Assembly: GCA_002633005.1 (NCBI GenBank) | Contig: NMRA01000567.1 | Span: forward strand, 192,954-256,953 | Length of the DNA: 64,000 bases | Source of the DNA: Phoronis australis | Lineage: Eukaryota; Animalia; Phoronida | Direction of reading: 5' to 3' | Shown: piece after piece, positions 13,759 to 26,593 of the stretch | Layout of the letters: each line of letters begins with the position of its first letter | How positions within the stretch are numbered: position 1 is the stretch's first letter | Position numbers and translations under genes: made by a program | The notes under the pieces: model-generated | Told to the model about the DNA's origin: nothing | What the model saw: the letters and a program-made list of their open reading frames with translations, nothing else | Database searches by the model: none

Positions 13759-13899
13759 ACTGCTGAAAAGATTTGATTTCCCTGCTATGACTTTCTCGCT
13801 GTATTTCATGGGGTATGTAAAGAAAGAAGATATCCCCAAGGATGAGACGGCCCGCACGAAGTGGGCTTTGCAGCAGCCTGCTTGCCTTGAGTTGACCCA
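13759..13899 (+). CDS. GLO1: Glyoxalase I exon 3
   Basis: tttcag|LLKRFDFPAMTFSLYFMGY...WALQQPACLELT(H)|gtacgt. Contains the LELTH metal-ligand Glu. Confidence 0.96.
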
Positions 13900-14981
13900 G
13901 TACGTTTTCTGTCTTTATTCACTCAGTTTAGTTTTCTGTTCGTGAATAATCAAGGTCTGTTCTTGATTAAGTCAGCAAGTCTTTTGGGATCTGTTTCATG
14001 AAAAGTAGCTTAAGACAGAACGTCTGTTGTACACTCTCACTTCACCATTGCTGAATTAAGGTTTAACCTAGGAATTGTGTTAAAATCTCAATCTAGGAAT
14101 AATTTATCAAAAATTATCTAGTTAGTATTAAGTGCACTTATGTGTATATTCTCAAACGTTCAGATGTAGTTGTGTGGAGCGTAAGACTAAATTTCTGCCT
14201 TAGTCTTTAGTCAATTTACATGAAACAGAACCCTGTTCTTGAGTAATTCAGCAAGTCTTCTGTCATTGAGTAAGCTTCACTTTTACTTGATATGTTGTCT
14301 GTCCTTTGACATGTTTAACAACATTATTGGGTTCGTTGAGTTTACAATTCAATATGACAGAACTGTGAAATTTTGTAACAAGCTACATAGTCTGCTTTTG
14401 AAAGTTGGAAAGTGACAAATTTAATTTTTTTGTCCGAACTAATTTAAGGCTGAATTTCACCTTGTAAGTGGCTAAAAACAAAATTCGAATTAGTGATGTT
14501 ACTCACATGGAATCGTTCTCATAATATTCCTGACCAATGACATGATTCTATTTCCATTACCAATTGATGTCATAGGTAATGCATACTTGCGCCATGATCA
14601 AACTTACAATTTTAGGACTGGTCAACCACAAAAAAAACTGAAGTGTTTTCTTGAGTAAGTCGTGTTCTTGATGTTCTTGTTGGTAATGGAAAGAGAATCC
14701 TATTATGGCGAGGAATGTGAACAATTTTATGAGAGTAAGACCTAATTTGAGTTTTGTTTTTAGCCAGACGAAAAGCACCTTTAAGAATTACAACAGTACT
14801 ATTCAGAGTTTTTGGGTTACTTTTTTGTTTCTTACAGACTCTGTTTACTTTTAGTGTGAAGATTTTTACCTTCACAGTGACGTTGTGGCTATGTTGTAAA
14901 CCCCTAATCCATGTACAGTGTACTGGGTTGTCTAGGAAGCCATCAAAAATGTTCTGACTTTGTAACTCATTGTTTGTGCAG

Positions 14982-15049
14982 TAACTGGGGCAGTGAAACA
15001 GATGGTGAGGTACAATATCACAATGGAAACACTGACCCTCGAGGATTTG
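14982..15049 (+). CDS. GLO1: Glyoxalase I exon 4
   Basis: gtgcag|NWGSETDGEVQYHNGNTDPRGF(G)|gtaagt. Confidence 0.96.
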
Positions 15050-16816
15050 GTAAGTGGCTAAATGGGTCAAATTAGACAATGATAATGGATTACATTAAAA
15101 ATGAGGGTTTCTCTTCAATTAACTGGCACATGTAGGATGTAAAGAGAGAGGCATGACCATTATTGTTACCACAGGGCAAGCCTTTGTTGTAGCCTAAAGA
15201 CAGCATGCTGACCCTGTTTTTTGTCGTGCTTGGGGGTTGACCAATCACATCTCCCCCATTTCGAGGTATGCCTGATTACAACTGGGCTAGTTCACGAATT
15301 TTCAAAAATAACTCTGTAGACTTTGACAGTACTCTATTAATTCTGGATGAGCTTATCGCCAGCATGATTTGGCGGTTTAGTCGAACAATTTTTCAGTCAT
15401 AATAAAAATAATTTTTGTCTGTCTTCAGTCAGAGTTTGATGAGGCGTTGTAGCTGATAATTGTTTATTTGTGGATGTAGTTTAATGCAAAACAATTTGTC
15501 ACAATTTCAACAAAGCATGCCAAGCGCTATCTGTTGTGATTTAGAAGGATTGAAATGTGTTCTAGTTGAAAAGAAATGGTCAGGATTGGTAAGTTGTAAC
15601 TTTTCAAGCACAGTTAGGGAATCAGTGGAAATTCCCTTTTTAAAATGGAAAGGAATGCATTAAGTTATGGTTTTGTGCATCAAGCATTCGTCAAATTTTG
15701 ATGTTTTCTAAGTTTATTTTGAAAACTATTAATTAACTGTATTTTGAAGTCTTGTGGCATTATCTAATTGCATTCTCGAGTAAAGCAATGGACAGTTCCA
15801 TCATGTCGATCAAGCTAATAATTCTAGCCAATCAGGTTGCGGGAACATGTTAACACAGCAGCAGTCTGCCATATTAGTCCCACAAACATTGAGTGTGAAC
15901 AAAAGCGTTAAGATGGTTTCACAATGTACTTGGGACACTAGCAGTGCTGATCAACAATATTCGGAGTAGGAAGGAGGAAATGTTGGTATCATAACATGTA
16001 GGAGACTTGATGATTAGATGGCTATACGCATTGGATAAACCATACAATATTAACCAGTATCTATGGGTAAACAAGAATAAAGTTAAAGAAATTTGCTTTC
16101 ATAATCTTTAATTCCTCGGATTGTTTTCATCAGGAGTATCTAAACGTGAAATAACAATTTTAATCGTTTAAAAGTGTGGTTGGCAACGTGATTGATGAAA
16201 ACATCAAGACATTTGTCGCTTGATCACTACTGGACTCTAAAAAAGATCCAGCCATGGTCAAATTGTGTGAAGATGTATTTTTACAATACTAATTTTGTGC
16301 TATGAAATAGATTACCGGAACACCTCATTTTGTTGCCAAATGTAAAGAAATGTGAACCAACATGATTATTAAATGAAGGTTGCTGTGTCAATGGACACTA
16401 CAATGTTTGGCATCAAGAATATAGCACTTTGAATCATTACAACCCATTTTGATGACACTGCTCTGTTATAGCAACAGTTTTATTGAACTTTGATCAAACA
16501 CGTATTGTAGATAGGCTGTTGCTGTATTGACTTTGCACTTGTGAGACTAGGCAACGGTAATTATGGAAGGTGTGGTCTGTCTTTGTTGGAACCGTCCACT
16601 ACAACTGTGGTAAATGAAGAAATATCTAATGAATAAAGAAGTTTCATTTCACTATGAGCTAAGAAGTGGTCTTGTTTGCTGAGAATTTGAATTACGGATA
16701 TTTGGGAATATCATTAACATGATTTTTGTAGTTCAAGATAGCAAATTTTCTCCATACTTAATAATGGTGCAGCTGACCTTCGTTTACTTTACGTTTTGTC
16801 TCCATAATTATTTCAG

Positions 16817-16906
16817 GTCATATTGGAATACATGTTCCTGATGTCAACAAGGCATGCGACCGGTTTGAAAAACTTGGTGTGAAGTTTGTGAAGAAACCCA
16901 ATGATG
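16817..16906 (+). CDS. GLO1: Glyoxalase I exon 5
   Basis: tttcag|(G)[29 protein letters not shown](G)|gttggt. Contains the metal-ligand His. Confidence 0.96.
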
Positions 16907-18040
16907 GTTGGTTCTTTGCCCCGTTTGTTTAGGTTTTTAAGAAATCATTTCCCTCTGTTCCTTTTTAGGAAGAATGCTCTTATTATAGAGAGGATGTTCC
17001 CAGTTTCAAATGAACTCAGGAACACAAAAGGAGAATGAAGAATAGTAGTTCATTATGTCAAGGAGAAAATTGTAACTCCACTCGCATGTCGTTGCAGGCC
17101 ATCTTGATTCATAATATTTTTTCTTTCTCTGCAATACTTTGAAAACTCAAGTTTTGAAGCAGTTTTCGTCAGTATTGACAATATACTGCCACAGTTAGGA
17201 AATCACTTCCAAATTGTCCCATAGTTAGTCGAATGTAGGTAAGGTCAAAAAGGGTAGTTGGTTCTGGTCTGCACTCATGTTGAGATCTGTGCTGACTTAA
17301 AAACTGCTCACCTGAATCAATTTCAGTCAATGTGTCGTTGTTTTGAAAAGCTGCTCAAAGGCACATAAATAAGGTTTGAAATTACGTGATTTGTGACGCG
17401 ATGAGTAGAAAAGCATCACACATTATTTTTACTGGTATCAGGTGGATTTACTTTTTTTGAAAAAGTAAGCACCCAAAAATATGGCACTGGCTCAATTTTC
17501 AAAAAACAAACAGACCGCAATCATTTAATGCTAATCCCTGGCTTGAAATGAACCGAGCTCCTCATTGTTAGAGAGCAGAATCTACAAGTTGTCTTCTTCT
17601 GTAGCAAGTCATTGTATGCGCTGAGCATGGTGACGCGCAATAACAAAGTGTCCGACTTTTCCAAGTGCCAAAACTACTTCTCATGTGAGGAACAAGTTGA
17701 GATATGTTTTAAAGCATTGGGTGGTCTCAGTCATAATTTAGTTTCTTTAACGGAACATGATTTTATAGCTGCCTTTGTTATGGGCTTGTACACTAAGTGT
17801 AGACAAAACACGGATTTCACACTTTGTAAGCAATGTTGTCTTGTTTATCAAACATAAGTAACAGACTATGATGTATTGCAGTTTTATCAGATCTGCTATG
17901 TTCTAATTCGCTTGTGTAACACTGCTGAATTCCTGTATTTCTGATTCTTTATTGGTTGTGAAGACCTGCATTCATTAAAATTGTTGAAATCATTACTAAA
18001 ATAATGACACTGTACTAGAATGTTAACTCCTTGTTTTTAG

Positions 18041-18132
18041 GTAAAATGAAAGGGCTGGCCTTCATTCAAGATCCAGATGGTTATTGGATAGAAATTCTCA
18101 ACTCTACTAACATGGCGACTACAGGACCTTGA
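18041..18132 (+). CDS. GLO1: Glyoxalase I exon 6 (last coding exon)
   Basis: ttttag|(G)[29 protein letters not shown]. The spliced CDS is 537 nt, 178 aa, in frame throughout. AATAAA at 18543. Confidence 0.96.
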
Positions 18133-18717
18133 AGGAGTGCGCAGACATTTCAGTGAAGGTTCAATCTATGCCTGCTATTCTCATCACTTGGTGTGAAGAT
18201 GCGACTGCTTTTCAGTATCAGGAACAGGGTCTTATCTTAGGGTCAAGTTATTATGGTCATATTGGCAGTCGGATTGTTTCAGATTAAAATGTTGACAGAT
18301 TCTTGCGATCTGTATCATGTCTGGTTCTTTATGCAATAATTCATCGAACCTAATCTAAGCCTGTTATTTACCAGAATTATGTATATTTGACTTTTATGAA
18401 ATNTGACAGCAGTAAATGAACATAGTAACACAATAGAGAAAAAGACAGGTTATGTTCAGGATTCAAGGTGAACCATTTTATGCTCATTAACATTTGTGCT
18501 TTAACTACTAAAACTTGAAAAATCTTCATTTAACTGATTTAAAATAAAAAACAGCTTCAAGCATTTCCATGCTGCCTTCTAATTTCAAAGTCTGAGCAAT
18601 CTTGGCAAAACCATGGCCCTTTTACCCTTAGCTTGTAATACAAATTGGAACCTTGTATAGACGCGAGTTAATTCACAGCAGAGCAGAGACATCAAGCGTC
18701 AAAAGCCGAGCACTCAC

Positions 18718-18799
18718 CTTTGTTGACCAGTTGTGGTGATAACCCAGTGTGGCCCAGCGCAAACGAAGCATCAGCTCCTGATTTTCACCTGACTCATAC
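18718..18799 (-). CDS. ALKBH1: ALKBH1 (AlkB homolog 1, Fe/2OG nucleic-acid dioxygenase) exon 4
   Basis: Minus strand ttgcag|(M)YESGENQELMLRLRWATLGYHHNWSTK|gtgagt. Matches the ALKBH1 motif LRWxTxGYHYNW. Confidence 0.93.
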
Positions 18800-19027
18800 C
18801 TGCAATCAACCAAGATTAGAAGGACTTATCACCTTGATTTTTGAAATTGATGAACTTGATTTCCTACATTTCTTGTAGTCATAAAAATAACAACCCAGCT
18901 AGTTATACCAAACTCATTTTAAGAACACCCGAATGCATCTCACCATCTCAACATCTTGGTGAAACCGGTTGGGGGCAGAGATTAAAAGACAACTGTGGCT
19001 CAAACATGTCGCGAACGCGACTATTTG

Positions 19028-19268
19028 CTACTAAAAAAACAACTGCAGCCGGTCTGATACACGTTGTACCAGACGTGCGCAGGCTTCGCATATGGGCCCA
19101 TAGCACAAATCACCTGGAACTGTTTTTTTGCTTTATTAATATATGGTTAAAACCGAGCTGAGGAGCTAAAAACCTGGCTCAAGGGTTTAGCAGTGTGACC
19201 TGGTGGGACTCGAACCCACCACCTCGAGTACAGAAAGGGGGCACTTATCAACCAGGCCACACTGCCTC
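19028..19268 (-). mobile_element. tRNA-derived SINE in ALKBH1 intron 3
   Basis: The minus-strand head has A-box-like TGGCCTGGTTG and B-box GGTTCGAGTCC. The 3' body (gcctgcgcacgtctggtacaacgtgtatcagacc) recurs on + at 51520-51651. Confidence 0.75.
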
Positions 19269-20548
19269 CTCTTATTTGCTACTAGGGTTGAGTACCAGTT
19301 CCTAACACATACTATACTAACAACAGAAATGAAAAATACCATACACTATCAAAACAAAAAGTACTTCTTGCCTCATTCCATACCTTGAAAATGAAAATTG
19401 AAAGTGTGGCTGAATAAATAGTTCCGAAGTTTAATTCTGTCAACTGACAAGAAAGAAACCTGCATAAAGTCAAACTAAAGTGAAGAGTAACACCATAACT
19501 TCATTTTGTTTCACAGAGACTGCTTGGTTCTGAAGGTCAGCCAAAATGTCGTATACTGTCATAGTTTCAACTAGAAAAATCTAACAATAACCTAAACAAC
19601 AATGACGGAAGATGGAATTTTTGTTTCATTTTCGAAGTTTAGTGTGTGCTACACTTATTCTTCTAACATGTCGTAGCTAACATCGCTTAAAACACCAAAT
19701 ATGTTCATAGTTTGTAACCTTGGTTCATTGATAATATTTGGCACCTGTACCTAACGAGTATTGGCATCAAATTGACAGTATCGGTACACTACCCAGCCTT
19801 AACTGTGACATCCATAAGGGCCTTACTCAGAGCTTACAAGGCTCAGTCGGTTCACATTCAAGATCACCCTTACAAACACCACTTTTTCTCCAACTCCACG
19901 TTAATTCTTTAATGCAGTATACTTCATAAATCACTTGAATATTAGATATTTTAATGCCCAGGGATATCTTTAGAATCAAGATTTTCTCAACCAAAAAATA
20001 TGGAAGTCAGAGTAACATTTATGTGCATTCACAGTTCATGCACAATGAAGGTGGTTCTAGTCTTCACTATGCACGGTGGTCTTCTGGTCCTTTATGTTAA
20101 CAGGTCGAGTAAAAAGATAACTTATTTTCTTAACCCACACACAAAACATAATTGTTGTACATGAACATTTACAAATACACATCTTCTAGCAGGGGATTAG
20201 AAAAAAATTGAAAGTAAGGTAATATTCAAATTTAAGATCAATATGTTTCTCCATTCTTCAGGCCAGTAGTTATTTCTGCTTTGTTTTGTGCATCATCAGA
20301 CGTGACCACAAAATTAATACTCAAAACATAGGTTGATTAAAACAATATAATTACAAATTTAAAAAATATATCAGGAAAAAATGGTTTGTCATTTCAAAAC
20401 TTCATACCACTATGAAGCTCGAAGACCAACCATTTTTTCCTTAAAACTTCAAAAATATGGAAAAATTCCCTGCATAAGATGATGGCCTTATACTGAAACA
20501 TACGGACATATTATCCAATGGGCAAGATTTTATGATAACAAAACCCAC

Positions 20549-20693
20549 ATTTTCCACACATCATCCTGTTCATCAAGGTTCATATGAGCGTCCAGATTCC
20601 TGTGGTTCGGCATGCGTGTGAAGTCTACGAGGCATCGATTGGTCCAGCGTTGTTGCCTGCCTCGTCTGAAGGGATTCACAATGAAGGTGAACC
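20549..20693 (-). CDS. ALKBH1: ALKBH1 exon 3
   Basis: ttccag|(G)FTFIVNPFRRGRQQRWTNRCLVDFTRMPNHRNLDAHMNLDEQDDVWK|gtgggt. Compare human GFIFIPNPF...WVKQCL...PNVCNLDKHM. Confidence 0.92.
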
Positions 20694-21609
20694 CTGGAAA
20701 CAAGTTCACGTATTAAGAAACCAACAAAGTAGAATAAATTTCTATAACGTTAAACAGAAAATGTCTCATTTGTTGTTGAAAACTAGTAAACACTAAAGTT
20801 GTTTAAGACAAACTTAATTCCCGATGACTATAAGTCACAGAAGAAAATATCAATCACGCTTGGTAAAATTAACCATAATTTCAATTCAAAAATACTACAT
20901 AACATCAAATTTACCATTCACCATAATTCTCCAACAAATATTTTTTACACCAACCACTGCAATACTAAAGAACAAGATACTTGAATAAAGTTGAACATTT
21001 TGTGCTTGAAGAGAATCACATTAACCAAGTAAATTGTGAAAATCTCCTGTACAACATCCGAGATCATGTACAAAAAGAAATTTTCCAACCGATTTTCTTA
21101 AGAATTCTTTAAGAACACTACGAACAATATACTATTGAGTTCTTCACTTTAAGTGATTTCAACAAAGCTCTATCAACAATCATGTAGGTACTCTTTGCAG
21201 TTCTCTGAGGAGACTCAGGGGGAGCTATTGCACCAAGTTCCTGATTATGACCCATGGGGATCCATCGTCAAGCTGCTCTCCAGGAGTCGAAGTCTTCCAA
21301 CCTGCTTATTTTTTCTCAAGAAGTTGGAAAGACTGTTAAACCTTAATCTTGTGATTTCCACCAGGCAAGTTGTGTGCCTATCAAGTAGAGGGCTTTGAAG
21401 CCTCTTGAGGAATCTCGGTTTCTATGCCACAATTGAAGAAGTTTGAGCATGTAACGTGGCCAATGATGTTTGGATGCTGTTTGGAGTGCTGAGCAATTAC
21501 CTACTAAATAGCAAACCTATCAAGCAAGAAGGTAATTTTCCCCAAATAAACCAACTATTTAGCCGTAGCCCTGCACAGATGTAGTCCAATCATACAACAT
21601 GAGTTATAC

Positions 21610-21703
21610 CTGGGAAACCAGAAATGTTAAACACCTTCCACTCATTTGCAGGTAGCAGGTCTTCATGACACTTGTCCGTTGACAGCAAATGCCGTCTGGT
21701 AAC
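21610..21703 (-). CDS. ALKBH1: ALKBH1 exon 2
   Basis: ttatag|VTRRHLLSTDKCHEDLLPANEWKVFNISGFP(G)|gtataa. Phases 0 and 1 fit the neighbouring exons. Confidence 0.88.
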
Positions 21704-22826
21704 CTATAAGTAAAAGTGAAACAGATCAACACAATACACAGCTATGTATGAAATCAAAGCAAAGTTTCGATCAGTCTCTTCAGTCTGTCTGTGTTGCCTG
21801 CTGGCAGATGAGGATCTTTCCTATAATCCTCGCGCTCTTCATTAAAACACTCAGGCAACAAGTCGCCATTAACTTTTTTCAGCGCGCATGACAACCACAC
21901 AGTTAGGCAAGGAAAAGTGCGAGATTGAGTGAAGTGCGTGACCTTGCATGGGACACTTGCAAAATGTAGCATGGGAAGATATCTAGCGGAATATGCACGG
22001 TTTCTGTACCTTGGACTATTTGTTCGTCAACAGGCATGATTTTGCCTAACATCCTCGAGCGAATCGCTACAGGTTTTTATAAAGATGTTCAAATTATGTT
22101 GACTAAATTGTCTGCAGAGTCATGGAATGTGTTAATTATGACTCAACACCATAGGAATTCAAACCCTTGGGACCGTAGCTCAGGCTCGGGGACGACTGAC
22201 CTCGGTCAATTTGACTTTTGAAGAGCGACGCTCTGCTTGGGTGTCGGCAGTTTAGTTCAGTTTTTGCCCCCCAGATGACTCCTTCCATTCAGCATGGCGA
22301 TATCTCTGAACGGGGAATAGTGCGAGCAGAAATTTGACAAAATTTGATAAAATACTAAGGAAATGGGGTAGGAGACACTTACGTGTATTAATGGAATGAT
22401 GACGATGCGAGGATCATGCAACCAATACCAAAATCATGTGCGTACGTCAATGTCATCATATTGTAAACAATAACCAAGAGTTTTCGCAAAAAAAGTCTTG
22501 GGCTGTGACCATTCGCCTAGGCAAATCACACGGCATTAATATCCACCAGCTCAGTTCCAACACGTCTACGTCGTTTGTTTTTTACTGCTAGAGCACAGAT
22601 GCAAACCAGATTCCACAAACAGCTGCAGATACTAATATCGTATGTGGGCTGCCAGCATGAGAGTGGAGTATATCAACCATTTGGCCAAGGGCCAATTGCG
22701 ATTTAGAGTTTTATACCAATCTACATCGCACCCGGAAATTACGTGTCAATAACACTGTGTAAGTGTAACAACAGCCTTGTTTCAGCAGACAGTGCAACTC
22801 CAGAATTGACAGTGGGAACCACTTAC

Positions 22827-22973
22827 TCTATTATCTTTGACAAGCCTAAAGTCTATTACGTCCGATAGGTCTGCGGGTGGTCTTCTCCGTTTTAATTTTT
22901 TGAAAACTACTTTAAAATTGTCATTTGTGTCGTCTGCAGTTTGATCTTGTTCAGAGTACAAGGCGGCTGACAT
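22827..22973 (-). CDS. ALKBH1: ALKBH1 exon 1
   Basis: MSAALYSEQDQTADDTNDNFKVVFKKLKRRRPPADLSDVIDFRLVKDNR|gtaagt. Compare human DAFRKLFRFYR...ADLEGVIDF. Confidence 0.9.
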
Positions 22974-23151
22974 CTTGGATTGCCGGAAGTTCACGAATAC
23001 CGTTAAATAAAACTACCGAATTGTTTAAATCAATATGCATCTCCAAAGTTTTGGAAATGTTTTGTATTACGTTTTTGTATATACTTCAGTTTTTCTTGGC
23101 TACTAATTCGGAATATTTACTTTTCCGGAAATGCACGAAGTAAAAACCAAT
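22974..23151. promoter_or_regulatory. Putative bidirectional promoter and 5'UTRs shared by ALKBH1 and SLIRP
   Basis: 178 bp between two divergent ATGs. ETS/GABP-type motifs GCCGGAAGT (~22982) and TTCCGGAAAT (~23123) sit next to each start. Confidence 0.7.
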
Positions 23152-23209
23152 ATGTCGGCTTCCAGGTTAAAAATTTACGTGGGGAACTTACCTTGGACTG
23201 TCGGTCGTA
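23152..23209 (+). CDS. SLIRP: SLIRP-like single-RRM mitochondrial RNA-binding protein, exon 1
   Basis: MSASRLKIYVGNLPWTVGR|gtaagt. RNP2 (IYVGNL) followed by the PWT typical of SLIRP. Confidence 0.85.
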
Positions 23210-26200
23210 GTAAGTGTTAAACAGTTCAACATATCTGTTAAACATATCGTGGGTTATTAGTTACAATGATCCCATACTCTGGGAATTTTTTGCTTTTAAT
23301 ATGTCTGCTCAGAGGAGGACACTGGATCTCAAATCCGTTGGTGGATCTTATATTAAGGTGCCAGAGCCAGAGCCAGTGGTGAAGTAATACGTAAGACTCC
23401 GTATGAGACAGTCAGTCAGTAACCAGTCCCAGGCTGCCTCCCAGGTAGGCACGTATCCCCTCAGTTAGTACTGTTACAGCCCAAAGTGATGCCTGTGCCT
23501 GGTACTTTTCAATTTGGCGTGAGTTGGTCGACCCAAACTGTAGCCTTGGTGTACCGTGTATGCTAAAAAAATGATCAGATAAAATGTGACACAAAATTAG
23601 TGTCATTAAAAACTGCACCCTTCCTTGAGTAAACTAAATCATATACTGGTGTTGGAAAATTGGCGTTCTACCGTTATTCTGCAGCTAAAGCTTTGGAGCG
23701 ATCTTTTGCGTTGGCTCTCGGCGCCATGAAATATTGCGTCACCAGTTTCTTGTTTCGCCAATTCTTCATTCAACTATTCTTTTTCCACGAGGTTGCGTAC
23801 ATGTCACCACAAATTTTTGGAACTAGTTTATTTCATTACAAGTTTTCAATGTTTTAATACCAGCAAACCGAATTCCACAACAAATTTTTTGCTGACTGCG
23901 AATGTCGCAAAATTTTAGTAAATGACGCATGCGCGTGACACAAGCGCACTGTTTTCAAATCGATGACATACTTTTCATTGTTACAAAAGGCGAAGAGTTA
24001 TGCAAGAAAATTACGTTTGTTCGTTTGTTGCATTGTTTTCAATTAAACGGCTGTAACTGGCAAGGTGAGTGTCGGTTTACTCCCAGATTTTGCATGCACC
24101 CGGCCATCCGGTCTTTAGCTCTACATGTTGATACAGGTTTCATGGTGAGGTAACAAGGAGAACTACCCTGGCTGGGTGCAATTTCGGGGTCTACGGAAGA
24201 TTAACACACAGATGTACCTAGCTGTATTTTGACGTTAGTCTTCATACAGCTAGCTGGCTGGCTGGCCAAACTGATGCCTGCGCAAACGGACGTTATCGTA
24301 ACTTCCCAAGTTACTGCCAGCAAGATTAAAAAACGGACAATCGCTGCTTCAGTTTTTGAGCTATTTAATGGTTACCAGAACTGAATTTGACGACAAAGAG
24401 TGCGAGCTCTGTGGTGTGTAATAATTTTTCAAGACACTTCCCTAATGTGATTAATCCTTATGACCTGCATACATGAGTACTCATTGTCGTCAATTTCAGT
24501 TCTGATAACTGTTAAAAACCATTAGCCTCTGGCAATAATTTGGGAACTTATGGTATCTTTAGTTTGGCGCAGGCATCAGTTTGGCTCACCAACCGGTGCC
24601 GCATTGAAGTGAGTCAAATCAGTTTGGCGCAGACATCAGTTTGGGCTGCAACACCAGCACCACAGGCACCTTTAATAAACCGCTCGTGTGATGTGCAGAA
24701 TGGAACAAGTTGTGCTGCGCATTATGTTGACTTCTGCGATATGCGGATGACGTAACCAAAACCGGGATAAAACCATATACTGCGCAGTCCCATTTGTGGA
24801 GTCCTAAAACGTGGAACAATATAGGAATTGTTCCGATTTACGGGTAATAGAACAGGAAATGCAAGTGTATAATAATAATTCGATGATAATTGTCCAAAAT
24901 TATTCGTTTTCCATTAATTAATAGATTTTGGTCATATTTCCTGTATTTTTTGGATAATTTCGTGATGTCCCTTCTGAACGCTGATTTTATTCTAAACATA
25001 CTGTAATAAATGTATATATTATAGAACATAACAACGAGTGGCTGACGAGAATGCCTGTTGAGAGTGTCTGTAGTACCGTCGGGTGCCTTACCACCATAAA
25101 AGGTTACTGATGTCAAAATATGAAGCGAAAAGGAAACATGAATACACACATTGTGTTAGAATTAATACGTACTATGCCTCTGGAGGCAATTTAGTCAACA
25201 TAATTTGAACATATCCATGAAAATCTGTTGTGGTTCACTCAATTGAGCTTCCTTCACTGGGTGCCATTTTGAAGAACTTTCATGAAATCAAGCTTGTTGA
25301 CAAACAAAAACTCCAAGGAATTCAAATCTTGCCTTCTGAAGGAGAAAACTGGTTCTCAAAATACAGGAGCCACCTATGTGACTTCTACCGAATTGGTGAT
25401 GGAAAATTAACGTTATTATAAACTAGACTCTTTCTTGTCTAAATGAAATTAGTTACCAGAAAATACCAGTGCTGTTCTACTGTTATTCTGTTGCTAAATT
25501 TGTGAAGCAATCCTATGTGTCGGCTTTCAGTCCCATGAAATAAAGCATAGCGTATTGGTCAATTTCTTTTTTCACTGATTTTTCAATCTTGAAACTTTTC
25601 TTCCACACGCGTACTGTTTTCAAGTATATGACAGCCTTTTCTTTTTGACAAAAGCCGTTGAATTATGCACGAGAATTGTTTTTACTTAATAAATGGCTGT
25701 AATGAGGTATTTGAGTGTCAGGTGACACCCAGGTTTTGCATGCTCCCCTGCAGGTGGTTAACTGTACTTGTTGATATAGGTTTCACGTCTAGCTTACGAG
25801 CAGGACTAACCAGGGCTGTTTGAAATTTCAAGGTCTATGTACCAATATGGTTAAAACATAGTGGTTCCTAGTTTTAATTTGTTGTTTGACCTCATACAGC
25901 TAGCTAGTTTTTCGTTTGATCAATGAAATCATGGACTAAGCCATTTCTGTTTTAAATACATCTGTGCGCATGTCTATAGCATGCTTGAACTTGACCACCA
26001 CGGTTGCACCTCTCATACTAGTACCAGGATAAAATGTCATCAATGACAAGTGAAAAGACATATTGTAAAGAAATCTTAAATATTGGAGTATTTGTTCGAG
26101 TTGGAAAGAGTTTGAGACATTGACAGCCTCCAAAAGTGTCCGGCCAGCTAGCTGTATGAACACTAACACAAAATGCTACGTAGGAATTAGTAAATGTACT

Positions 26201-26593
26201 TGCTTTACTCAAGGAAGAATGTAAGATAGATAAGACTTTATTCCAGACATACATAGCATCTACGCAAAAAATATGAATGAGCTCCTAGTATATAGTTTTT
26301 AATCATTAATTTACCCTCATAATTCCAAGGTTGCATAGTTATGCAGTTTTATACCAAAGCCAGGCTAAGGCGAGCCAGTGAGCAAAGAGAAACTCAATTA
26401 CCCTCAGGAACACCACGCCAAATATAACTTTTTGGAATCAGTTCGGTGGTTCTCAAATTCTTTATTACCGTTCACTGTTGACTTTTTGGATGAGGAAGTT
26501 GCAGCCCTATAATACTCTGGGGGGAGGACATTATATTGCTGATTGCTGTCCTTTTGGTGACTATGTTACCAAAAACATTTATTTTACTTTCAG

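Noticed and set aside
17005-17075. Minus-strand DIMNYY in GLO1 intron 5 as ALKBH1 exon 5
   Set aside because: No HxD follows, there is an in-frame stop, and the flanks are dissimilar.
18130-18400. Selenocysteine readthrough of the GLO1 TGA
   Set aside because: The protein is already full length at this stop, and I could not identify a convincing SECIS hairpin.
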